The translations under genes and the position numbers were made by a program. Below the pieces are notes generated by a model. That model ran no database searches and was not told the origin of the DNA. It saw only the letters and a program-made list of their open reading frames with translations. From positions 1-44,078 of the forward strand of contig JALGVJ010000052.1 of the NCBI GenBank assembly GCA_029838195.1: DNA of 44,078 nt, given 5' to 3'. Shown here in pieces: positions 20,112 through 30,083 of the stretch. The stretch comes from Promethearchaeota archaeon. GTDB taxonomy: Archaea > Asgardarchaeota > Lokiarchaeia > Sigyniarchaeales > SOKP01. Each line of letters opens with the position of its first letter. Position 1 is the stretch's first letter.

Positions 20112-21761
20112 TTAATTGTTCGTTTTTTTCTTTTTTTCCTCCATTTCCCTCAATTCCCTATGGAGAACTTTGCCCACAATCGTTTTAGGAATCTCATCTA
20201 TGAACTCTACAAATCTAGGATATTTATCATAAGACATATTATCCCTTGCCCAGTCAATAATCTCTTGTTCTGTCGTGTTTTTCTTGTATTCCTCTTTTAA
20301 TACTACATAAGCTTTTATGTTTTCTTTTCCTTCATCATCAATAATCCCTATAACAGCGCAATCTTTTATTTTTTCATTATAAAATAAGAGATCTTCAACT
20401 TCCGTAGGATAGACCGAGTGCCCCTTATACTTAATCAAATTTTTTAATCTCTCTTTGATGACAAAATAACCCTCTTCATCCATTAAAGCTAAATCGCCCG
20501 TCCATAACCAGCCATCTCTTATGGTATTTTTTGTCTCTTCCTCGCGTTTATAGTATCCTTTCATCATTTGAGGGCCTCGAACAACCAGTTCTCCTACCTC
20601 ATTAATGCCAAGAGTATTTCCTTGGGGGTCACAGATCTTGCATTCTGTATTAGGAAAGGGCATTCCAATGGTACCTGGCTTGTTATTTTCATCAAAAGGA
20701 TTAGCTGTAACGGCGGGCGACATTTCCGTGAGACCATATGCCTCTCGAAGACTTGCTCCTGTCAGCTTTTCGAATTTTACTTTTATATCATTGGGCAACG
20801 GTCCGGCAGAACTTAATGCATATTTCACGCTGGACAGATCATGGTTTTCAATTCCCTCATGATTATTTAGATTGTTGAACAATGCAGCTACTCCAGGAAT
20901 TATTGTTGCCTTGGTCGTTTCAATAACTTCAATGACTTCATGAGCTTCTCGGGGATTGAACACGCACGCAATTTTTGCTCCTAAATGAATGCCCAGATTC
21001 ATCATAAACCCCATGTAAATGTGATAGAATGGAAGAGCTGCTAAAAATACTTCTTTTCCCGGTTCTTTATCAACAAACCAGGCTTCTGCTTGAAATACAT
21101 TTGCTACAATACTTCCATGCGTGAGCATGGCTCCTTTGGGATAACCTGTCGTTCCGCCGGTATATTGTAACATGGCTAAATCATCAGTAGAAATTTCTAC
21201 GTTCGGAGGATTTGGTTTTGTTTCTCGTATTAAATCCTCAAAAGTAGGAGGACCTTCCGTGGGAAATTGCGGTGGCGCCATCGGATCTGGAGATAAATAA
21301 GGTGCTAACCCGCTATAAAATTTGTGAATCACCCCCGTTTTTTCAATGATGGGATCTACAATTCCGGAGAATCCTTCCCATCCAATATATGCCTTGGCGT
21401 CGCTATCGTTTAATTGTCGTTGGATTTCCAGTCCTTTGAATAAAGGAGATATTGCCGTTACAACGCCTCCTATTTTGAGAATGCCATAATAATAAGCAAT
21501 AAAGGCCGGATTATTTGTAAAATGGATTGCGATATAATCTCCTTTTTTTAATCCCAATTCATGTAATTTGGTAGCAGTACGATATACGATATCTAATAAT
21601 TGAGCGTAGGTGAGTTCAAATCCCATGAAATATGTTACAATATTTTGAGGATAGGTTTTAACGGAATCTTCGAGGAAATCAATTAGAGTTTTTTTAGGAA
21701 TTTCAATTTCCTTAGGTACTCCTTTAGGCCATTTTTTATAATAGATTTTTTGATCATTGAT
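20112..21761 (-). CDS. Long-chain fatty acid-CoA ligase (FadD-like); true start probably about 45 codons upstream of the ORF-track ATG
   Basis: YTGGTTGYPKG, YGLTE, GPQMMKGY and TGD motifs. The in-frame upstream sequence (I)NDQKIYYKKWPKGVPKEIEIP is the typical N-terminus of this family. Confidence 0.88.
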   Translation of the reverse strand: MNDQKIYYKKWPKGVPKEIEIPKKTLIDFLEDSVKTYPQNIVTYFMGFELTYAQLLDIVYRTATKLHELGLKKGDYIAIHFTNNPAFIAYYYGILKIGGVVTAISPLFKGLEIQRQLNDSDAKAYIGWEGFSGIVDPIIEKTGVIHKFYSGLAPYLSPDPMAPPQFPTEGPPTFEDLIRETKPNPPNVEISTDDLAMLQYTGGTTGYPKGAMLTHGSIVANVFQAEAWFVDKEPGKEVFLAALPFYHIYMGFMMNLGIHLGAKIACVFNPREAHEVIEVIETTKATIIPGVAALFNNLNNHEGIENHDLSSVKYALSSAGPLPNDIKVKFEKLTGASLREAYGLTEMSPAVTANPFDENNKPGTIGMPFPNTECKICDPQGNTLGINEVGELVVRGPQMMKGYYKREEETKNTIRDGWLWTGDLALMDEEGYFVIKERLKNLIKYKGHSVYPTEVEDLLFYNEKIKDCAVIGIIDDEGKENIKAYVVLKEEYKKNTTEQEIIDWARDNMSYDKYPRFVEFIDEIPKTIVGKVLHRELREMEEKKKKTNN

Positions 21762-22025
21762 ATGTTTATCTTAATTCTTTCAATTTTTCTCGTGCTATTA
21801 ATCCTTAAAATTAATTAGATGAATAATTAAAAGTTAGGTTTTTAAATTTAATTATCAAAAACAATTTAATTAAAGCTTAGACCTATATTTCTATATTTTC
21901 TAGAACACGTGAGAAAATAATAAAAAATGATGTATTTGAATGAATTTCTTTAATGGAAAAGATTTTATGCGTATTCCAATTATTACTTTATAAAAATATT
22001 TTCTGCGAGGAGATATAAAGAAAAA

Positions 22026-23205
22026 ATGTACTCAATATATCAATTAGGACAGCAACAGCAGACCGATCCTTTTGCTCTCATCTTGAACTTGCTGTTTTTC
22101 CTGTTAATCTTTACATCAATGTTTTACGGACAAATTGGGATGGTATAATCCCAATTCCATAAAAAGAATACAAGCATGGAAAGCAGCAAAGGAGATTGAG
22201 CAAGGATTAAACGATTTAGAAAAATGGAATGACGAATGCAAGCAAATTCTCCTAAATAATTTTAAGAAATTCGCTGATAAAAAGGAAACTGAAAAAGATT
22301 TAATGATAAAATTAGAAGATTTCATGACATTTGTCACTATCCCCCCTGTACAACTCGATCCTAATGGAATCATCCCTAAATTTGACCACATCCTTAATAT
22401 TAGAGATACCCGTTTCGAGGAAGAAGTTAAAGCGCTCGCCCCCATGGCGGATGACACGCAACAAAATAACATGGAAAATTTACTAGAAGCCGCCATGGCT
22501 GTGGATTATGTATATCGATTAGTCAAGCATTTCTTAATCCTGGGAAAAAAAACCAAGTCTATGATTTTATTGCTCCAACTGTCCATGCAAATGGGAATAA
22601 TCATGGCCATGGCCAAATCCTATTATAGGGCCGCTAAAGCCTTTTCTGAAGGAAGTCCTATTGGCGATGCTTTAGGTCCCATGGTAGCCGGAAGTTTTAT
22701 AAGAGAAATTGTTAAAGATGGGACTGTTGAGCCCAAAGAAGTCGAAAAAGATACGATAGTCCAAGAGGTTGCATTCGAAGATAGAACGATTTATGTCATT
22801 CGAGCAAAAGGTCCTGGAGGCACTGTGGGAAAACCGGGAAAAGCCATCAGAAAAATAATTGAAGAACAAGGGGATGCTATTTCTCGGATAATCATGATTG
22901 ACGCAGGGCTGAAGCTTAGCAGTGATAAAACAGGCTCCTTAGCAGTTGGAGTTGGTGCTGCGATTGGAGGCGTTGGCGTGGAGAAATTTTATATTGAAGA
23001 ATCCTCTACTCATGAGAAAATCCCCATTGATGCTCTGATATGCAAGCAATCGTTAGAAGATGCTATAACAACGATGAAAAGAGCGATAACGTTATCCGTA
23101 CCTAAGATAGTGGAAAAAATAAAGATGATCATTCGGAATAAAACCGATAAAGGGTCAAAAATTATTGTTGCTGGTATAGGAAACACTATTGGGATTGGAA
23201 CTTAG
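22026..23205 (+). CDS. DUF1512 family protein, interrupted by a ~31-nt frame-breaking insert near codon 36
   Basis: ATG 22026 (GAGGAG upstream) encodes MYSIYQ...LFFLLIFTSMFYGQ (TM helix) and the +1 frame continues RIQAWK.... The body has PVQLDPNGI, PIGDALGP, KGPGGTVG, IDAGLK and GIGNTIGI. Confidence 0.8.
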
Positions 23206-23661
23206 TTTTTTTTAATTCTTCTTTTTCTTATAGAAAAACATTCATACAATTATTTTTATTCGGTTTTCAGTGTAATTATTTCATTCTTATTTTTAATATT
23301 GAGAAAAGATCATCACATGAATTTATTCGAATTGGTTTTTTTCTTGGTTTTTAATTTTGGTGGTATCAAAAAAATCATTCATCGTGAGTAAAATAATTGC
23401 CTTTGATTGGCAGGGAGAAAAAATCGAAGAAAAATCATAAAAGACTACGAAATTTTTAATGTTTTTTTATTACTTCCGAAAAATTTCCCCCATCAATAGA
23501 AATTGAAAAGCCTTTTTCTTGTTCTAACCGATATTATGGATTAGATTCAAATCTATCGCTTGAAAAATAAAATTTAAATTAAATGAAAGGAATTTAAAAA
23601 TAGCTATTTACTAAAACGAAAATAAATAGAACTAAAATTATAACAAGAGGCGTAAGAAAGC

Positions 23662-24120
23662 ATGCCAAAATTTGGAAGTGATGAGTGGGCTAAAGCATTT
23701 TGTAAAGCCGTGAATGAAAATAAAAATTATGCAGAAGCCGCGTCATGGTGGGAGGGAGATTTTATTTTTGAGATCCAACCAAGCGGTAATTTAACTAAAA
23801 AAATAAAAATGTTCGTAGGACTCTACCACGGCAAATGTACTGGCGCTAAAACTCTAGCAGATGATGAGGAATATGAGGTTTTACCACCCAATTCTCCGCC
23901 CCGGCCTTTAAAAGAGGGAGAAAAAGTAGGGGTGGAATTTGTTTTTTCAGGAACATATGATAATTGGATAAAAGTCTTGAAAAAAGAACTGGATCCCATT
24001 CAAGGGCTCATGGCGGGGAAATTTAAATTAATAGGAAATATGGCTAAAGTCATGAGGGCCACGAGAGCGGCTCAAGAACTTGTAAATAGTACCACGATGG
24101 TTGAAACGGAATTTTATTAA
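23662..24120 (+). CDS. SCP2 sterol/lipid-binding domain protein
   Basis: FGSDEW...VN.N..Y...A..WEGDF at the N-terminus; LDPIQGLMAGKFKLIGNM at the C-terminus. Confidence 0.85.
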   Translation: MPKFGSDEWAKAFCKAVNENKNYAEAASWWEGDFIFEIQPSGNLTKKIKMFVGLYHGKCTGAKTLADDEEYEVLPPNSPPRPLKEGEKVGVEFVFSGTYDNWIKVLKKELDPIQGLMAGKFKLIGNMAKVMRATRAAQELVNSTTMVETEFY

Positions 24121-24198
24121 ATGGTTTCAAAACGCATTACATGAAACCTTTTTTTATTTCTATTCTTTTTTTCCTTAAATTATTCTTTATTAATTGAA

Positions 24199-25005
24199 AT
24201 GGTATCGAGCGAACAAGATCTATTGAAAATTTCCAAGAAAAAAGCCTTCTTTCTTGATTTGGATGGCACGGTATATTTAGGAAATAAAGTATTTAAAGGA
24301 GTACATGAATTTATAGCACGTTTAAAAGAACATGGCAAGTATTATTTTTTCCTTTCTAATAATTCAAGTTTATCTACAGCTCAATATCTCACGAAATTAA
24401 AGAAGTTAAATTTAGATGCTACATTAGAGAATATAATTTTATCTCAACATCCAACCATTGAATATTTAAAAAAACAAGGATTTAAGCGCATGTTTTTATT
24501 GGGAAACAGTGCTTTAAAAGCGGAATTTCAAGAGAATGGATTTCAGTTGGATGAGGAGCACCCAGAAGTACTGGTGTTGGCATTTGATCAAGAATTAACC
24601 TACCAGCGATTACTTAAAGCTTCAGAATTTCTTCAAGAAGGAATAGCTTATATTGCGACTCATTTAGATAACAGGTGTCCAACATTAAATGGATACATTC
24701 CCGATGCAGGAGCTATTGCCGCGCTTCTATATAAAACTACTGATCGGCTTCCCGATAAAGTAATGGGAAAACCTAATAAAGAAATGATACTATTCAAATT
24801 AAGAAATTTAAACATTTCCCCTGAAGAAGCAATCATGATTGGTGATCGTCTATATACGGATATGTGCATGGGAATCGAAGCGGGTGTTACAACATGTTGC
24901 GTTTTATCAGGAGAGAGTACCTTGCAATTAATAAAAGAAAGTAAATATAAACCGGATTACATAATCACCGGGATTTGGGAATTAGTAAACTTGAAATATG
25001 ATTAA
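24199..25005 (+). CDS. HAD-IIA (NagD-like) phosphatase
   Basis: DLDGT, LSNNS, GKP and IGDRLYTD motifs. Confidence 0.92.
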   Translation: MVSSEQDLLKISKKKAFFLDLDGTVYLGNKVFKGVHEFIARLKEHGKYYFFLSNNSSLSTAQYLTKLKKLNLDATLENIILSQHPTIEYLKKQGFKRMFLLGNSALKAEFQENGFQLDEEHPEVLVLAFDQELTYQRLLKASEFLQEGIAYIATHLDNRCPTLNGYIPDAGAIAALLYKTTDRLPDKVMGKPNKEMILFKLRNLNISPEEAIMIGDRLYTDMCMGIEAGVTTCCVLSGESTLQLIKESKYKPDYIITGIWELVNLKYD

Positions 25006-25161
25006 AACCACCATTTTACTGAAAATTTTCAAAAATTTTATCTCTTATCGGAAATTTTTTTTATTAAAGTAGTTTAATGTTTTTTTGGTAAAATATTAAA
25101 ACTTTTTATGGTATTGAATTTTTAATTACTATTATTCCTCAGTAAGCTTGGTATTATTAAA

Positions 25162-27861
25162 ATGTCTGACGAAAAGTTGATTTGGGACTTTAAAGAAGGA
25201 GGTAAGGAATTAAAACACGTGCTCGGCGGAAAGGGTGCGAATCTTGCAGAGATGACTAAATTAGGTCTTAATATTCCTCCTGGTTTTACAATTTCTACTC
25301 AAGCATGTCTTGAATATTTTAAGGATCCAAAAGGGCTCATGGAAAAAATTAAACCGAATGTGTTGGAACATTTAGAGCGATTAGAAAAAGAAACCAATAA
25401 AAAATTCGGTGATATTGAAAATCCCTTATTGGTCAGCGTGAGAAGTGGTGCTCCAATTTCCATGCCTGGAATGATGGATACCGTTCTAAATCTTGGTTTA
25501 AATGACAAGAGTGTAGTAGGATTAGCGAAGCAAACGAATAATCCGCGTTTTGCCTATGATTCGTATCGACGATTCATTCAAATGTTTGGAGATGTGGTCA
25601 TGGGAATTGACGATGAAAAATTTGAGAGGATATTGACTAAATACAAGAGAGAAAAAGGGAGAAACACTCAAGATACTGATCTTGACGTGTCAGATCTTCA
25701 GAAAGTGATTGCAGACTATAAAGCCTTATATGAAAAAGAAATTGGCGAAACTTTTCCTCAAGATCCATTTGAACAGTTATTCTTAGCTATTGAAGCTGTT
25801 TTTAAATCATGGAATAACCGAAGAGCAATTACTTATCGAAAGATAAATAATATACCTAATTATGGAACAGCGGTAAACATTCAAACCATGGTGTTTGGAA
25901 ATAAAGGATGGAATTCAGCCACGGGAGTTGCATTTTCGAGAGACCCATCCACCGGAGAGAAAAAAAGGTTCGGAGAGTATTTAAAGAACGCACAAGGAGA
26001 GGATGTAGTAGCGGGAATTCGAACTCCTAAAAAATTAGAAGATATGAAAGAGGACTTCCCGGAAATTTATGATGAATTGATAGAAACAATGGAGAAATTA
26101 GAAAAACATTATAGAGACATGCAAGATATCGAATTTACGATTGAAGACGGCGAATTATTCATTCTTCAAACGAGAAATGGAAAGAGAACACCTTCCGCTG
26201 CGGTGAAAATTGCGGTTGATATGGTAAAAGAAGGTCTCATCACGGAAGAGGAAGCCATTTTAAGCGTGGAAGCTAAAAAACTTTCAAAATTATTATTTAA
26301 GAGTATAGATGAAAATGCCATAGTGAGAGTCCTTGCGAAAGGAATTAATGCATCGCCCGGAGCTGTTTCTGGAATTGCCGTGTTTGATGCTGATACGGCA
26401 GAAGAATGGGCACATCAAAGAGAAGAGGATATAATTTTAATACGGCCACAGACCAAGCCTGAGGATGTTCATGGGTTATACGCTGCAAGTGGCGTATTAA
26501 CTCAATTTGGAGGGAAAACATCTCATGCTGCTGTAGTTGCGAGGGGAATGGGAAAACCAGCAGTAGTGGGAGCTCAAGATGTGGAAGTAGATGTAGAAAA
26601 TAAACAATTTCGCGTTGGAGAGATTGTAGTACGCGAAAGAGAATATGTTACCATTGATGGCACTACGGGAAGAGTCATAGAAGGAAAAGTTCCTCTGCTT
26701 GAACCCGAGATCAAGGGAGAGTTTTTAGAACTCTTATTAATGGCGGATAAAATTAGAAAATTGGGTGTAAGGGCAAATGCAGATACTCCAGAAGACGCCC
26801 GAAAAGCGCTTGAATTTGGTGCTGAGGGAATAGGACTATGTCGAACGGAGCACATGTTCATGGCCCAAGAAAGGCTTCCCGTCGTTCAAGAAATGATAAT
26901 GGCACGAACAAAAGCACACCGAAAAGAGGCACTTGATAAAATTTTGCCCATGCAAAAGAGTGATTTTTATGAAATTTTTAAAATAATGCGGGGAAAACCT
27001 GTTACCATTCGTTTATTGGACCCTCCCCTTCATGAATTTCTGCCCGAACTCTCTCTTGTTCAACAAGAACATTTAGAATTAAAAATGACAAATGTGCTCT
27101 CCAATTCGCTCTTAAAAATTAGCCCGCTAGATGACGAAATTAAGAAAAAAGAAAAAGTGATTTCTCTAATTCGGTCTCTTTCGGAGCAAAATCCCATGAT
27201 GGGGTTGAGGGGATGCCGTTTAGGGATAGTGTGGCCCGAAATTAATGAAATGCAGGTAAAAGCCATATTTCAAGCGGCGTGCGAATTAAAACAAGAAGGA
27301 ATTGATGTAATTCCGGAAATAATGATACCTCTCGTCGGCATGATTTCAGAATTAAAGCATGTAAAGAAAGAATTGAAAAAAATTGCTGAAGATATCATTA
27401 AGAGTTATAATGTAGATTTGAAATATCAATTTGGTACGATGATTGAAATTCCACGTGCTGCTTTAACTGCTGATGAGATTGCTACAGAAGCAGAATTTTT
27501 CTCATTTGGTACAAATGACTTGACCCAAATGACATTTGGATTCTCTCGCGATGATGCTGAGGGCAAATTTCTTCCGGTTTATATAAGCAAGGAAATTTTA
27601 GAAGAAAATCCTTTTGAAACGATTGATCAAAAAGGAGTAGGAAAATTAATGAAAATAGCTATCGATTTAGGAAAAAAGACACGTCCAAATTTGAAACTAG
27701 GCATTTGCGGGGAACATGGCGGAGAAGAAAAATCCATTAAATTTGCGCATGATATTGGTTTGGATTATGTCTCATGTTCGCCATTCCGCATTCCTGTTGC
27801 TAGAATTGCCGCAGCCCAAGCAGCCATTTTAGAGAAAAAGAAAAATGAAGCAAGTCAATAG
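25162..27861 (+). CDS. ppdK: Pyruvate, phosphate dikinase
   Basis: LGGKGANLAEM, SVRSGA..SMPGMMDT, TSHAAVVARG (phospho-His), GLCRTEHMF and GICGEHGG. Confidence 0.98.
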   Translation: MSDEKLIWDFKEGGKELKHVLGGKGANLAEMTKLGLNIPPGFTISTQACLEYFKDPKGLMEKIKPNVLEHLERLEKETNKKFGDIENPLLVSVRSGAPISMPGMMDTVLNLGLNDKSVVGLAKQTNNPRFAYDSYRRFIQMFGDVVMGIDDEKFERILTKYKREKGRNTQDTDLDVSDLQKVIADYKALYEKEIGETFPQDPFEQLFLAIEAVFKSWNNRRAITYRKINNIPNYGTAVNIQTMVFGNKGWNSATGVAFSRDPSTGEKKRFGEYLKNAQGEDVVAGIRTPKKLEDMKEDFPEIYDELIETMEKLEKHYRDMQDIEFTIEDGELFILQTRNGKRTPSAAVKIAVDMVKEGLITEEEAILSVEAKKLSKLLFKSIDENAIVRVLAKGINASPGAVSGIAVFDADTAEEWAHQREEDIILIRPQTKPEDVHGLYAASGVLTQFGGKTSHAAVVARGMGKPAVVGAQDVEVDVENKQFRVGEIVVREREYVTIDGTTGRVIEGKVPLLEPEIKGEFLELLLMADKIRKLGVRANADTPEDARKALEFGAEGIGLCRTEHMFMAQERLPVVQEMIMARTKAHRKEALDKILPMQKSDFYEIFKIMRGKPVTIRLLDPPLHEFLPELSLVQQEHLELKMTNVLSNSLLKISPLDDEIKKKEKVISLIRSLSEQNPMMGLRGCRLGIVWPEINEMQVKAIFQAACELKQEGIDVIPEIMIPLVGMISELKHVKKELKKIAEDIIKSYNVDLKYQFGTMIEIPRAALTADEIATEAEFFSFGTNDLTQMTFGFSRDDAEGKFLPVYISKEILEENPFETIDQKGVGKLMKIAIDLGKKTRPNLKLGICGEHGGEEKSIKFAHDIGLDYVSCSPFRIPVARIAAAQAAILEKKKNEASQ

Positions 27862-28001
27862 AATATTTAACAATCTAAAAGAATTTATCATTATAATTAT
27901 GAAACACTCAATCACTACCCAATTTTAAGAATTTCTTTTAGCTATTAATCATGTTCATTACTTTCAATTTTATTAGTAATCATTTTAAAGTGAATTAATT
28001 C

Positions 28002-29117
28002 ATGAGTCTTCCTTTAGAGGAGAGAATTTCATTATTAAAAGAAGTAGGAGAAGAAATAATAGAAATAGAAGAATTAGCTGAGATGATTAAATGGAAGGAA
28101 GAGCATGGCCAACCTATTTATGCTTATGATGGATTTGAACCTTCCGGAAACATTCACATCGCCCAAGGGATTTTAAGAGCAATCAACGTTAATAAGCTCA
28201 TAAAAGCAGGGATTAGATTTAAATTCCTAGTAGCAGATTGGCATGCAGCCGCTAATCATAAATTTGGAGGAGATTTACAAGTTATCAAGAAAGTTGGAGA
28301 TTTTTTTATTGAAGTTTGGAAAGTTTGCGGAATGGAGTTGGATAAGGTAGAATTTATTTATGCATCAGATTTAGTTAAAGACCCAAAATATTGGGAATTA
28401 GTATTAAATATTGCCATAAATACATCTTTAAACCGAGTTATAAGATGTACTCAAATCATGGGGCGAAGTGAAACCGATACATTAACAGCCTCACAAATCC
28501 TTTATCCACTCATGCAAGCTGCTGATATTTTTTATCTCCCCGCCGATATTTGTCAACTTGGAATGGATCAGAGAAAAGTCAACATGTTAGCTCGAGAAAT
28601 CGCTAAAAAATTAAATCGCCCTAAACCTATTGCCATCCATCATCACATGCTCATGGGATTAAAAAAACCTCCCATATCAGATTTAACGGGAATGGAGCGA
28701 AGCATTCAATTAAAGATGTCAAAATCTGACCCCGATTCGGCAATTTTCATGTTAGATTCCCCAGCAGACGTGAAGCGCAAGATCAATAAAGCCTATTGCC
28801 CTCCTAAACAAATTGAAGAAAATCCCATTTTAGAATATTGCAAATACATCATCTTTCAAACTAAAAAAACGTTCTTTATTAAACGCCCTGAAAAATATGG
28901 CGGAGACATTGAGTATGAATCATATGAGGATTTAGAAAGAGATTATCGGCAAGGTAAATTGAATCCACCTGATTTAAAACCTGCTGTAATTAAAAGTTTA
29001 AATGAGCTTTTAATTCCTATAAGAACTCATTTTGAGAAAAATAAAAAGGCAAGAGAACTTGCAGAATTTGTTAAAAGAGAATATGAAAAATACATGAAAA
29101 AGAAATCTCCTAATTGA
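28002..29117 (+). CDS. tyrS: Tyrosyl-tRNA synthetase
   Basis: YDGFEPSG, HIAQG (HIGH variant), YPLMQAADIF, GMDQRK and KMSKS. Confidence 0.96.
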   Translation: MSLPLEERISLLKEVGEEIIEIEELAEMIKWKEEHGQPIYAYDGFEPSGNIHIAQGILRAINVNKLIKAGIRFKFLVADWHAAANHKFGGDLQVIKKVGDFFIEVWKVCGMELDKVEFIYASDLVKDPKYWELVLNIAINTSLNRVIRCTQIMGRSETDTLTASQILYPLMQAADIFYLPADICQLGMDQRKVNMLAREIAKKLNRPKPIAIHHHMLMGLKKPPISDLTGMERSIQLKMSKSDPDSAIFMLDSPADVKRKINKAYCPPKQIEENPILEYCKYIIFQTKKTFFIKRPEKYGGDIEYESYEDLERDYRQGKLNPPDLKPAVIKSLNELLIPIRTHFEKNKKARELAEFVKREYEKYMKKKSPN

Positions 29118-29266
29118 TATTTTCTTTATCCATTCTTAAACTTTCTATTTTATGAGGGATTCGATTATTTCATAATAAGCACGATTATTTTCTATTAACT
29201 ATTGTTATGAATTTTTGTCCAATCAATAAGATTTTTGAAAAATGAAAAAGGGTAATATATGAAATC

Positions 29267-29887
29267 ATGATAAAATTATTAATGATTGGAGATTCACATA
29301 TTCCTAGGAGAGCTTCAGAAGTTTCACCCCAGATCTATGAAAAATTATCTGAATCAGGAAATTATGAGTATACCTTTTTTACAGGAGATTTAATCCAAGC
29401 GCCAAAATTTATCAGATTCTTAAAAGAAAAGACAGATCGAGAAGTTTTCAGAGTTTTAGGCAACATGGATTATTACAACGGCATCACGGATCTTCCCCTT
29501 TATCACGAGCTTAAACTACCCATGAGTAGAGGAGGAAATTTAAGGATTGGATTAACTCACGGAGCTCAAATTAATCCCAGAGGAGATATTAAGCAAATAG
29601 AAGCCTTAGCACGAAATAAGAGATTTAATGTTATTATTATTGGTCACACGCATAAAGAAGAGATATCTCTAATGTCAAGCGGGATATTAATGTTAAACCC
29701 AGGCAGCGTGACCGGAGCGTGGTCTTTTTTAGCAACCGGCATTCCCTCTTTTATAATCATGGAAATAGATCAAGAGAAAAATATCATGAATACTTTTTTA
29801 ATGCGATTAAATAAAAGAACTAAAGCATTTGAAGAGATATCCTATCAATTTCAATTCATGAAAAATAAAATCCAAAGAATCAGGTAA
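29267..29887 (+). CDS. Metallophosphoesterase, YfcE/Vps29 family
   Basis: GDSHIP, GD, GNMD, HG, GHTH and NPGSVTGA. Confidence 0.9.
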   Translation: MIKLLMIGDSHIPRRASEVSPQIYEKLSESGNYEYTFFTGDLIQAPKFIRFLKEKTDREVFRVLGNMDYYNGITDLPLYHELKLPMSRGGNLRIGLTHGAQINPRGDIKQIEALARNKRFNVIIIGHTHKEEISLMSSGILMLNPGSVTGAWSFLATGIPSFIIMEIDQEKNIMNTFLMRLNKRTKAFEEISYQFQFMKNKIQRIR

Positions 29888-30083
29888 AATTTTTAAAAAT
29901 AGCATTATACTTTAGTAGATAACGTTCTATTCTAAAATTTTAAGGAGCTGATGATTAAAAAGAATTTTTTAAGATTTTTTCTCATTATTTTTGTACCTTA
30001 TCTGAATTAAATAAATGAGAAGGAAATAAATCCTAAAAAAAATTTTTGAGTTAATTTTTAAATGAATGAATTATAATCTCGTT

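Noticed and set aside
27951-27998. Short ORF MFITFNFISNHFKVN upstream of tyrS as a leader peptide
   Set aside because: It has no Tyr codons, no SD and no strong hairpin. It shows that Phe-rich mini-ORFs arise by chance here, so the pheS leader call depends on its structure and context.
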